A stretch of 64,000 nt of DNA from Octopus vulgaris. Taxonomy: Eukaryota. Positions within the stretch are counted from its first letter, which is position 1, and each line of letters starts with the position of its first letter. Location: contig OX597814.1 of assembly GCA_951406725.2 (NCBI GenBank), positions 157,418,001-157,482,000 of the forward strand, given 5' to 3'. The notes below the pieces were generated by a model, which saw only the letters and a list, made by a program, of their open reading frames with translations, was not told the origin of the DNA and ran no database searches. The translations under genes were made by a program, and so were the position numbers. This document shows positions 38,939-49,699 of the stretch, piece by piece.

Positions 38939-38972
<34 letters not shown>

Positions 38973-39327
38973 TGTATGTATAAATAGTAGATCAACAGCT
39001 AAACTTGATTTCTTTCTACATTCTCTTTGCTTCTCTGACAATAGATCCACCTTTAATTATATGCATCTGGTGTGAAGCCGCTTAATGTTCCTTTCTTGAA
39101 TAGTGGTAAGCAAATAATAGGTCAATAATTGCTGACTTTCCCTCTCTTTTTATAGTCATTCTAGATCAATACTCTTCTTCCTTTTGTCATCCATGCTGGT
39201 GTTACATTTTTTATGTAATGAATAAAATATGGTCGTATATAGGTGTTATACTTGGAAAATTTTAAACCAGAAACAACGCACACCATCTGTCCCGGGATGT
39301 TTTCAGTTTGGTATTTTCTTCAACATT

Positions 39328-42282
39328 CTACTGAATGTAGGAGGGCTGCTGCGCGGAAACTGTAAAAAGAAAATTACATTCCTGAGAGACCTTGTGACAT
39401 GCAATCAAGCTATATGCATGGCACTCACAGAAACGCATCTTGAACCCGATATAGGTGATGCAGAAATACACATGCCGCAATATGCAGTCATACGCACAGA
39501 TAGAAAAGGGAGGAGCCATGGTGGAGTTGCAATGTACATCCGAGATGACCTCACGCCCCAGGTCCTGCTGTCATATTCAAACTCAGTATGTGAAACTCAA
39601 ATTGTACACATAAGACAACTGAATATCGTCATATGCACTACATATCGCCCACCAGATGCCCCAAAACACTCAGGCATGTTTGAAGATTGCCTAACAAAAA
39701 TAGGAGAAGTCCTCACCAACCTTGAACAGCACAACAGTGTTTTCTTCATGGGTGACTTTAACCTCCCCAATGTGGAATGGCCTGGGGGGCAGATGCTCCC
39801 AGGGATGACACACCATCAGCAGGCACAGGTGGAGTCCCTGCTCCATCTCACAAATGCCTCTTTCATGGAGCAAATAGTTCTGCAACCAACAAGGGCAGAT
39901 AATATACTGGATCTCTGCTTCACAAACAATATGGATATTATCCATAATGTTAATGTGATGCCGACAATGATCTCGGATCACAACATAATAGAGCTGTCTA
40001 TGTATGGAACAAAAGCCCCCACAGACACACAGCCTATACGAAGCACCCACCATCTCTCCAACTTAAACTTTCATAAAGCCAACTGGAAGTTGATTGAGAA
40101 AGAGATCCTCAAACAGGATTGGCCTGAATGTCTCTCCACACCGGACATAAACATGAAACACAAACACTTCATGTCCATAATACAAGCCATATGTGACAAA
40201 TATGTCCCAGTGTGCAGGGCCAGCACACACAAGAACAAAAACAGGATCCCTAGAGAAAGGAGGATTCTTATGAGACGACGGACAAGGATTGCAAACCGCC
40301 TGAGCAAGCACACCAAAAGTGGTGAGAAGTCTCGGCTCGAAAGAATGCTAATGGAAACTGAGAAAAGTCTACATCAGTCCCATGAAAAGAAGAGAGCAGA
40401 TAAAGAAGCTTGGGTAATAGAAAATATAAAATCAAACCCTAAAGCTTTCTTTAAGTTTGCCAAAGAGACAGCCACAGTGCACCAGAGAATAGGACCTCTC
40501 TTCCAAAAAGATGGCTCTCTCACAGGAAATCCCACGAGGATAAGTGAAATACTGAACGAACAGTTCCAAAGTGTGTTCACTACACCTCTAGGACACAGGC
40601 AAGTAAACAACCCAGAAGAATTCTTTGCCACTTTACCTGCGGCCAAAGAGACAAAAATTGAGTACATCAACATCGAAGATGATGATATCACACTAGCCAT
40701 TGATGAGATTGACACAAACTCAGCTGCTGGACCTGATGGATTCCCAGCGATCCTTCTCAAATCGTGCAAACGAGCCCTTGCAAAACCGCTACAGCTTCTT
40801 TTTCAGAGCTTTCTTGCAAGTGGTAAGCTCCCAGTCAAATTGAAAGAGGGGGTAATATGCCCTATCCATAAGGGAGGTAGCAGAGCAGATGCTAAAAATT
40901 ATAGGCCTATCTCTCTGACCTCACACATCAGCAAAGTCATGGAACGAATAGTCCGTAAGAAACTAATCATGTTCCTTGAAGAACATGACTTGCTGTCTGA
41001 CACCCAGCATGGATTTCGACCAGGTAAAGGCTGCCTAACACAGCTCCTGCAACACTATGACTGGGTGTTGAAACAGCTACTAAATGGCTCAAATGTGGAT
41101 GTAATATATCTCGACTTTGCAAAAGCCTTTGATAAAGTCGACCATGGTATGATCTGTCACAAACTGCGTGGTCTCGGCATAGGCGGGAAACTTGGAGAGT
41201 GGCTGCACAACTTCCTAAAAGACAGAAAACAGGCAGTTGTGAGCAATGGAGCCACCTCCAAGGAAACGCAAATAACAAGCGGTGTCCCAAAAGGCACTGT
41301 CTTGGGGCCACTGATGTTCATAGTGGCCCTTTCAGACATGCCTTCAGTTGCTACGATGACCACCCTTGCTAGCTATGCAGATGACACAAAAGTCTCCCAC
41401 GCAATACAAAACCCTGAAAATATTGCGCATCTGCAACATGAGCTGGACACAATATACAGGTGGGCTGAGGACAACAACATGCAGTTTAATGCAGGTAAGT
41501 TCCAGGCCCTGCGCTATTGGCACACAAAGGTAAATGACGTGAAGACTGGATACACTGGCCCAGGAAGAATTGCAATCCCTGAGTCAAAATCAGTGCGTGA
41601 CCTGGGCATTGACATGAGCAATGATGCATCTTTCCAAATGCATATTGCTAATCTGGTGATAAAATGCAGACGGCTAGCTGGATGGATTCTCCGAACTTTC
41701 AGAACAAGAGAGAAGGAGACACTGATGGTCCTATGGAAAACATTCGTCCTCAGCCGCTTGGACTACTGCTCCCAACTTTGGTCACCACACAATATAAAAC
41801 AAACAGCAGAACTCGAAGCAATTCAGAGAAGCTATACAAAGAAAATCGTCTCAATGCAAAATATCAGCTACTGGGAAAGACTGAAGGTATTAAACCTCTT
41901 CTCCCTAGAGCGGAGGCGGGAGAGATATGCAGTGATATACATCTGGAAAATCTTGGAGGGTCTTGTCATCCAAAGTTACTCCAACCGCAGAACGGGGCGC
42001 CGCTGCGTGGTGCCAAGGATTCCAACATCACCATCAAAATACAGGTCCAGATACTGCAACAGCTTGGGTTTCAGAGGACCACAGCTCTTTAACATCCTCC
42101 CTAAATGCCTGAGAGACTTACATGGTGTGGATGTGGGTTTCTTTAAAACTAAACTGGATCTCTTCTTGTTGGGAGTCCCAGATGAACCTACCTCACGACA
42201 GGAGACGCGGATGCGGGCAGCAGCATCGAACTCCCTTGTTGATCAAGTGCCACGTATCAGGTGGATTCACAAACTAGTGTAG
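39328..42282 (+). CDS. Intact AP endonuclease-RT ORF2 (the first ~33 aa of the 39229 ORF come from flanking DNA)
   Basis: Motifs LTETHL, GGVAMY, YRPP, GDFN, PTR..NILDL, SDHN, GPDG, NYRPISL, QHGFR, YLDFAKAFDKV, GVPKGTVLGP, YADD, LDYCSQLWSP, SLERRR; no stops. Confidence 0.92.
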   Translation, partial: LLNVGGLLRGNCKKKITFLRDLVTCNQAICMALTETHLEPDIGDAEIHMPQYAVIRTDRKGRSHGGVAMYIRDDLTPQVLLSYSNSVCETQIVHIRQLNIVICTTYRPPDAPKHSGMFEDCLTKIGEVLTNLEQHNSVFFMGDFNLPNVEWPGGQMLPGMTHHQQAQVESLLHLTNASFMEQIVLQPTRADNILDLCFTNNMDIIHNVNVMPTMISDHNIIELSMYGTKAPTDTQPIRSTHHLSNLNFHKANWKLIEKEILKQDWPECLSTPDINMKHKHFMSIIQAICDKYVPVCRASTHKNKNRIPRERRILMRRRTRIANRLSKHTKSGEKSRLERMLMETEKSLHQSHEKKRADKEAWVIENIKSNPKAFFKFAKETATVHQRIGPLFQKDGSLTGNPTRISEILNEQFQSVFTTPLGHRQVNNPEEFFATLPAAKETKIEYINIEDDDITLAIDEIDTNSAAGPDGFPAILLKSCKRALAKPLQLLFQSFLASGKLPVKLKEGVICPIHKGGSRADAKNYRPISLTSHISKVMERIVRKKLIMFLEEHDLLSDTQHGFRPGKGCLTQLLQHYDWVLKQLLNGSNVDVIYLDFAKAFDKVDHGMICHKLRGLGIGGKLGEWLHNFLKDRKQAVVSNGATSKETQITSGVPKGTVLGPLMFIVALSDMPSVATMTTLASYADDTKVSHAIQNPENIAHLQHELDTIYRWAEDNNMQFNAGKFQALRYWHTKVNDVKTGYTGPGRIAIPESKSVRDLGIDMSNDASFQMHIANLVIKCRRLAGWILRTFRTREKETLMVLWKTFVLSRLDYCSQLWSPHNIKQTAELEAIQRSYTKKIVSMQNISYWERLKVLNLFSLERRRERYAVIYIWKILEGLVIQSYSNRRTGRRCVVPRIPTSPSKYRSRYCNSLGFRGPQLFNILPKCLRDLHGVDVGFFKTKLDLFLLGVPDEPTSRQETRMRAAASNSLVDQVPRIRWIHKLV

Positions 42283-42353
42283 CTCATTCAGCGGTGGTGC
42301 CCCAGCATGGCCGCGGCCTTCGGGCTAAAACATTTTTAAGGATTTAAGGATTT
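39328..42353 (+). mobile_element. CR1-group LINE, ORF2-only insertion with a (TTTAAGGA)-type tail
   Basis: Starts at the LLNV.GL endonuclease motif; short 3' UTR gcggtggtgccccagcatggccgc followed by tttaaggatttaaggattt. Confidence 0.88.
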
Positions 42354-42771
42354 ATACCCTTTAGTCTCTTATCCGTGATAGTTATATTTCCTTGTGCCCT
42401 TCCACCTTCCATTTCTCTTTGAAATCCCTTAACAGTCAGATTTCTGCCCAGAATTTTCTTGCTGTTGAAGCATCTGGCATATCGTTTCCCTGATATACTT
42501 TTCCTTTGTTCAGTTGTTTATAGAATGTATTTCGATTGTTCTTGAAGAGCCTATTCTTCTGTCACTGATGTGTTCTCTGTTGGCATCTATAATTGTTTCT
42601 CTTTCCCAGCTTTGGTTTCTTTGTTCTCGTTCTCTAACTGTTTGCTGTTCCTTATGACTTTTGCTGATTCTTCGCCGTCCGTTCCTGAGCCTTTCCTTCA
42701 ACCTCTCCTTTTTGTCGTTGCATTTATCCATCCAAAAACTCTTTTGAGCTGCACAATTTGATTCTCAAGCC

Positions 42772-42944
42772 TTCTTCTTCTTCTTCTTCTTCTTCTTCTT
42801 CTTCTTCTTCTTCTTCTTCTTCTTCTTCTTCTTCTTTTTCTTCTTCTTCTTTTTCTTCTTCTTCTTCTTCTTCTTCTTCTTCTTCTTTTTCTACTTCTTC
42901 TTCTTCTCCTTCTTCTCCTTCTCCTTCTCCTTCTTCTTCTTCTT

Positions 42945-43007
<63 letters not shown>

Positions 43008-43021
43008 TATTATTTTCATTA

Positions 43022-43086
<65 letters not shown>
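42772..43086. repeat. Compound (TTC)n-(CTA)n-(TTA)n microsatellite
   Basis: Directly visible. Confidence 0.95.
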
Positions 43087-43734
43087 GAGTGAGAGATCAG
43101 TGCATGCCATCAAAGTGTCACTGATGTAAAATATACGAAGCCCAGTATACCCATCATGACTTCCCGTCTGATACACTAGGCACATGCATCACAACCACAT
43201 GTGCGCGACATGGTGATCTCATATGAAGATAAACAGCGCATGACCTTGCAGGCGGGGCCCAATTAGAATTTTCTTCAGGTCGAGTAGGCCATCCCGCTCA
43301 AAAGGTCCCTGAATAAGGATTGTTTAAGGATGTTGAACGAACCACCCATGTTTCCAAAGGTGAATTATCCAAACCTCTAAGAATTCCTTTCAACACACGG
43401 TGATGATGCTCCCCCACTACTTCTGCTCGTGATCAGCGATGCACATATCATCATCCAGTAAGGGACATGGTCAACTGGTTAAGGTAAAAAAACTGACAAG
43501 CAAATCTTTGGTAGTGAGCAGAATATTTGCTGTAGCCCAAGGCAAAACAAGGTACATGATGACACTTCCAATCAGTTAGGATCAGGAGCCATGAGAGCCA
43601 CTGTCTGGTACTGCATCAGGGCGTTTATTATTATTATTATTAGTAGTAATAGTAGTAGTATTGAGTGAGAGAGCAGTGCATGCCATCAAAGTGACACTGG
43701 GGTAAAATATACAAAGCTCAGTATACCCATCATG
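43086..43734. mobile_element. ~540-bp non-coding repeat inserted in (TTA)n, plus a short second copy (43662-43734)
   Basis: ttgagtgagag..cagtgcatgccatcaaagtg.cactg occurs twice, each time directly after a (TTA)/(TAG) tract. Confidence 0.6.
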
Positions 43735-44340
43735 AACTGGAACTACTATAATGATAAGTGTGCTTTGCCATGAGGCAAAGAAAGTTAGTTAAAAATATTC
43801 CCTTCTTCCTTTTTTGTTTTTGTTTGTCTTCTCAAAATATTACTATCTAGCTAGATTTATATTGAACTGGAACTACTGTAATGAAAAGACATCTTTGCTG
43901 ATGAGGTCGATTTTTTGGGACTTCAACATTGAGACTGACAAAATAATAGAAGCTAGAATGCCTCAATTGGTAATAGTTAAAGGGAATAGAATGTGCCAGA
44001 TACTTGACGTTACAGTACCAAATGATGAAAACATTAATAGGAAAAGTATAGAAAAATAGCAAAGTACCAGGCCCTAGCTATCGAATTACAGAGACTATGG
44101 AAAGTGGGGGTAAAATGTATCGCTGTAGTTATAGGTACACTGGGAACTATCACTAAGGATCTGAAAGGATGGATAAAGGAAACAAGCTTAAAATTCAGGT
44201 TAGTACAGTTCAAGAAAACAGTGTTATAAGGGACATCTAGGATCCTAAGGAAGGTTCTTGGAATCTAAAGTTACTTTTTGTAGCCCGACATTAGGATTCT
44301 TTTCCAACAGTCAAATCTGTTGAGTGTATATGAAAATAAT
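43735..44340 (+). mobile_element. R4/Dong-like 3' RLE fragment
   Basis: IFWDFNIETDKIIEAR.P.LVIV, ILDVTVP, KYQALAIEL..LW, VVIGTLG, ILRKVL. Confidence 0.8.
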
Positions 44341-44419
44341 AATTATAAGAATAATATTAAAGATAAAAAGATGGAGAAGGAGGAGGAGGAGGAGGAAGAG
44401 GAGGAGAAAAATCTCCTAT

Positions 44420-45330
44420 GAAAAGTATTAACAAGTACCCGTACAAGAAGAATATATACGTTCCTTGCTGAAAACAATCTTCTGCCAGTAAAAGAAGAGG
44501 GATGCCGAAAAGGATCCAAGGGCACCAAGGACCACCTTCTGATAGGCAAGGTTATAATGAAGAAGTGTAAAAGGTACAAAAAAATACTTGTGTATGGCCT
44601 GGATAGACTTCAAAGTGGCCTACGACATGTTGATGCATTCATAGATTTTGTAAACACTCGATATGTGTGGAATAGTTGAGAACGTTTGTGTGCTTATTAA
44701 AAACAGCATGCCTAGTTGGGAAACGCGTCTTTCCAGTAACAACCGGCACTTAGACGCGGTAACAATCAAAAGAGGTATCTTCCAAGAACACTCTTGTTCA
44801 CCTCAGTTATTTGTTATACCCATGATCCCATTTTCTGTAGTCCTATGTAAAATCAACGTGCACTATGACTGACCTGAGCAAGAACGCACCTCGTCTCAAC
44901 AACCGTCGCTTCACGGATGATTTAAAATTATTCGCAAAAACAGAGCCTGAATTTGAGAGGCTGATTGAGACTGCACAGATGTGTAGCAACGATATAGGCA
45001 TGGAATTCGGTATCTCGAAATGTGCAGTGCTTACTTTGAAGCGGGGTAAATGATTAAATTGTAGGGGCATAGAATTACCAAACGGAAAGAGAATGGAAGA
45101 CCCGGATGATGATGGGTAGAAGTACCTTGGGAGCGTGGCGCTGGACAGTATCTTGCACAGGGAAATGAAAGACAAAGTCATCACTGCATATTTCAAGCGC
45201 CTGAAACTTCTCTTGAAATCAAACCTTAACTCAAGGAACCTTATGATTGCCATCAACATAGGACTGTTGCTGTAGTCCGCTAAAGTGCACACATCCGGAG
45301 AAAGACACAACCGGAGATTAAATTCGACAT
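44420..45330 (+). mobile_element. R4/Dong-like RT fragment (degenerate)
   Basis: GCRKGSKGTKDHLLI, WIDFKVAYD, KRGIFQ, FTDDLKLFAK, FGISKCA. Confidence 0.85.
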
Positions 45331-45511
45331 TACTTAGAATTGCACGCATATTGCGTAAAGTACTGTCTGTCTTGGGTGTTTGTTGTGACTTGACAAACAG
45401 TAGAAACCCCTGGTAGATAAAAAATCTTCAATCAACAGCCTCATGATATTGTATACTGTACGACGTCTATAATAATAATAATAATAATAATGATAATAAT
45501 AATAATAATAA

Positions 45512-45571
<60 letters not shown>

Positions 45572-45576
45572 TAGTG

Positions 45577-45619
<43 letters not shown>

Positions 45620-45659
45620 TAGTAGTAGTAGTAGCAGTAGTAGTAGTAGTAGTAGTAGT

Positions 45660-46140
45660 CACAGCAAACGAGAAAGCAACCATACTCTGGGATATGCCAA
45701 TACACACAGTTAGAGAAATTAAGGCCAATAGGCCAGATATAGATGTCAGAGATCATGAAGGAAAAAATGCTTTCTAATTGATGTACCAATACCTGCAGAT
45801 GACAACGATTCTCTAAAAGAAATGGAGAAACTTTCAAAATGCAAAAATCTGGAAATAGAAGTAACTCGAATGTGAAATCTAAAAACAGAAACAATTCCTA
45901 TCATAGTGGGCGCATTAGGTACGATAAAAAAATATTCAGACAAATACATAACAAAAACACCAGGACATACAAATATATATAACGTACAGAACATTGCACT
46001 ACTGAGCACTGCACACATCCTACGCCAAACACTTTCAATACTTTAATCATAAGAGCATCACAGCAAACCATTGCACATACCCAAGGCACATTGAGCTGCG
46101 CTCGGTAGTGAAATGAAAGCACGTTATAAAAATAAAAATA

Positions 46141-46143
<3 letters not shown>
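45660..46143 (+). mobile_element. R4/Dong-like 3' fragment (RLE + 3' UTR) between (TAG)n and (TAA)n
   Basis: ILWDMPIHTVREIKANRPDI, IPIIVGALG, STAHILRQTL. Confidence 0.85.
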
Positions 46144-46213
<70 letters not shown>

Positions 46214-48424
46214 TTCCCTAATGAACAGAAAGGATGTAAACGTGGATCCTACGGCTGTAAAGACCAACTACTCATCAATAAGATGATCTTAGAAGATTGT
46301 CACAAACGACACAAAAACTTATCAATAGCCTGGATAGACTATAAAAAGGCTTTTGATAGCCTACCACATAGCTGGATTAGGAAATGCCTTGAAATGTATA
46401 AGATAGCACCAACTCTGCGAAACTTCTTGACTGTAAGTATGAGATCATGGAGAACCACACTAACTCTGAACAGTGACAGTGAATCCCTAAATGCTGGTGA
46501 TGTAAAAATTTCGTGTGGCATTTTCTAGGGTGACTCACTGTCACCACTCCTCTTTTGTTTATCCTTAATACCTCTCTCAAAGCTGCTCAATGATGCGCAG
46601 TACGGGTATAAAATGTTTGATAAAAATATAAATCATCTCGTTTACATGGATGATTTAAAGCTTTTTGCAAAAAATGATCAACAACTCAAGGGCTTACTAG
46701 CGATAGTCAAACAATTCAGTGACGACATCAGAATGCAATTCGGCCTCGATAAATGTGCAAAGGCTACCTTTATCAAAGGAAAAATGACAGAAACATCTAA
46801 CGTTAACCTTGACCAACAGAATGTCATAAAAGAACTAGACCCAGCGGAGAGCTACAAGTACCTAGGGATAATTGAAGGGAACGGAATAAGGCATTCAGAG
46901 ATGAAGGAAAGGATCAGGAGAGAATGCTATCGAAGAGTGAGAGCAATACTCAAGACAGAGCTGAATGCAAGAAACAGGATCGAAGCAATCAATGCATTAG
47001 CTATACCAGTCGTGACTTACAGTTTCAATATTGTTAACTGGTCAATTACTGAAATATGTCAGCTCGACAGAAAAATAAGGAAACTGTTGACAATGCATAG
47101 AATGCACCACCCTAAGGCAGATACAGAACGACTCTATCTGCCAAGAAAAGAGGGAGGCCGTGGTCTTTTGCAACTGGCAATAACAATGAAGATTGCTACA
47201 ATTGGCCTAGACACCTACCTGAAAAACTCTGAGGACTGGATGCTAAAACTTGTCTCAAAACATGAAAACAAGAAAGCATCATACTCAGTCACAAAACAGG
47301 CAAAGGAATATCTAAGTGAATTCCGAATACAACCAATTTCGGAATTAGAGATAGATATACAAGAAACAAGCACAGAAAAAGCTAGGCGCATGAAAACCCG
47401 TGCCAAAACTGCGGCCTTAGATATTCTGAATAATAAATGGCAAGAAAAACCTCTCTATGGCAAATACCCAAAGAGAGCGAATAATGCAGATATCGACAAA
47501 GCCCTGACCCATCAATGGCTAATGGCCTCTGGCTTAAAATCTGAAACAGAGGGGTTTATCATAGCAGCTCAAGATCAATGCCTACCAACAAGAAACTACC
47601 AGGCCAACATATTAAAGATCAGAAGCAGTCCAACGTGTCGTGTATGCAAGCAACAAAATGAAACCATTGACCATGTGATCTCCAAGTGCAGTCTTCTAGC
47701 GCCTACAGAGTATCTCAACAGGCACGATAGAGCTGCACAATATATTCACTGGGTAATCTGTAAAAACCTGGATTTGCCCCATGAAAAAAACTGGTGGGAA
47801 CACAAACCACCCCCAGTGCTTGAAAATGACCACATCTCACTCCTCTGGAACTTCACCATTCAAACTGACAGGAAGATAGATGCAAATAGGCCAGACATCA
47901 TATTGAAAAACTTCAAACAAAGAACATGCCTCCTCATTGATATGATTGTCCCAATCGATATAAACGTATCTGTCAAGACCTACCAAAAACTGAGCAAATA
48001 TAAAGATCTTGAAATAGAAATCAGCAAAATGTGGAAGCTGAAGACTAAAACAATACCTGTTGTCATAGGTGCCCTGGGAATGATAGCAAAAGGGGCTGAT
48101 AGCTACCTAACTCAGATACCAGGAAACCCAAAAATGGCAGAAGTTCAAAAGATAGTGCTCATGGGAACTGCTCATATCCTACGCAAAATACTCTCTATGT
48201 AATCTCAAGGTTTAAAACAAACATAATTTTCGGTTTAAAAAAAAAAAAAAAAAAAAAAACACCTTTTTTTTTTTTAGACATTCATTAGTACAACATCCCC
48301 ACCCCCCAAATATATGGCACACTAGGCATAACAACAACATGAACTTCCAACCCTGTTGTCTCTTGAGGTCTCTGGGTGAGACTTTGAGCCAACTTGTACA
48401 AATATAAAGCAAAAGTCAAACATA
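46214..48424 (+). mobile_element. 5'-truncated R4/Dong-like RLE retrotransposon in (TAA)n
   Basis: (AAT)n on both sides (46145-46213 and 48425-48448); ORF 46283-48202 with one in-frame TAG at 46526-46528. Confidence 0.92.
46283..48202 (+). pseudogene. R4/Dong RT-CCHC-RLE coding region, 5'-truncated with one stop
   Basis: [41 protein letters not shown]...ETIDHVISKC, RHD, NRPDI, KYKDL, PVVIGALG. Confidence 0.92.
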
Positions 48425-48448
48425 GAATAATAATAATAATAATAATAA

Positions 48449-49278
48449 ACACAACAAAATGAAACCATTGATCAAGGCAACAAAATAAATCCAGTTATCG
48501 AAAAAACATAGTGAAACCATTGATCAAAAAACAAAATGAGGCCATTGATCAAAACAACAAAGTGAATCCATTTCTCAAAGCAACAACATAAAACTATTGG
48601 TGAAAACAACAAATCGAAACCATTGATCACGTTGTGTCTATATGCGCCTACAGAGTATCTCAATAGCCATGATAGAGCAGTACGATATATTCAATGGCTA
48701 ATCTGCAAAAATCTGGACCTACCCCATGATAAAAACTGGTGGGAACACAAACCACCTCTAGTGCTTGAAAATGACCACATCTCACTCCTCTGGAACTACA
48801 CCATTCAAACTGACAGAAATATAGATGCAAATAGGCCAGACATCATATTGAAAGACTTCAGACAAAGAACATGCCTCCTCATTATTATTACTGTCCCAAT
48901 CGATATAAACGTATCTGTCAAGACCTACTGAAAACGAAAACAATACCTGTTGTCATAGGTGCCCTGGGAATGATAGCGAAAGGGGCTGATTGCTACCTAA
49001 CTCAGATACCAGGAAACCCAAAAATGGGAGAAATTCAAATGATAGTGCTCATGAGTACTGCTCATATCCTACGCAAAATACTTTCTATGTAACCTCAGGG
49101 TTTAAAACAAACATAATTTTCGGGGTTTTTTTAGACATTCACTAGTACAACATCAAAAAACAAAAAAAAACAAACAAATATATGGCACACTAGGCATAAC
49201 AACATTAACTTCCAACCTGTTGTCTCTTGAGGTCTCTTGGAGCCAACTTGTACAAATATAAAGCAAAAGTCAAACAAA
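48449..49278 (+). mobile_element. Shorter tandem copy of the same R4/Dong 3' end, preceded by ~7 decayed ~26-bp repeats
   Basis: 48640-49278 matches 47700-48424 with an internal deletion; 48449-48630 consists of caacaaaatgaaaccattgatca-like units. Confidence 0.88.
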
Positions 49279-49283
49279 TAATG

Positions 49284-49350
<67 letters not shown>

Positions 49351-49546
49351 CAACAAAAAAACTCATACTAAAAACTCAGCTCAACTCCAAAACTTCCATT
49401 GAAGCCAATAACATCCTGGCACTTCCAGTAGTCCAGTGCAATTTTATAAATAAAAATATAAATAAAAATAAATTTAATTTAATTCAGTTAATGAAGATAA
49501 TAAATTTAATAAAATGGTAAATAATTATAGTAATAATGATGATATT

Positions 49547-49650
<104 letters not shown>

Positions 49651-49699
49651 TAATAATAATAATAATAATAATATTAATTATAATCATAATATAAAATAT

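Larger units (their letters stand above)
37200..42765 (-). mobile_element. Fragmented R4/Dong-like LINE, interrupted by a pLTR-like repeat and the CR1-group LINE
   Basis: Minus-strand pieces: IRRVIFHEDSFSSL (37436-37783), PN*KHPGTDGVRCFWFK (about 39260-39312) and PDASTARKFWAEI (about 42440-42480). Confidence 0.65.
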
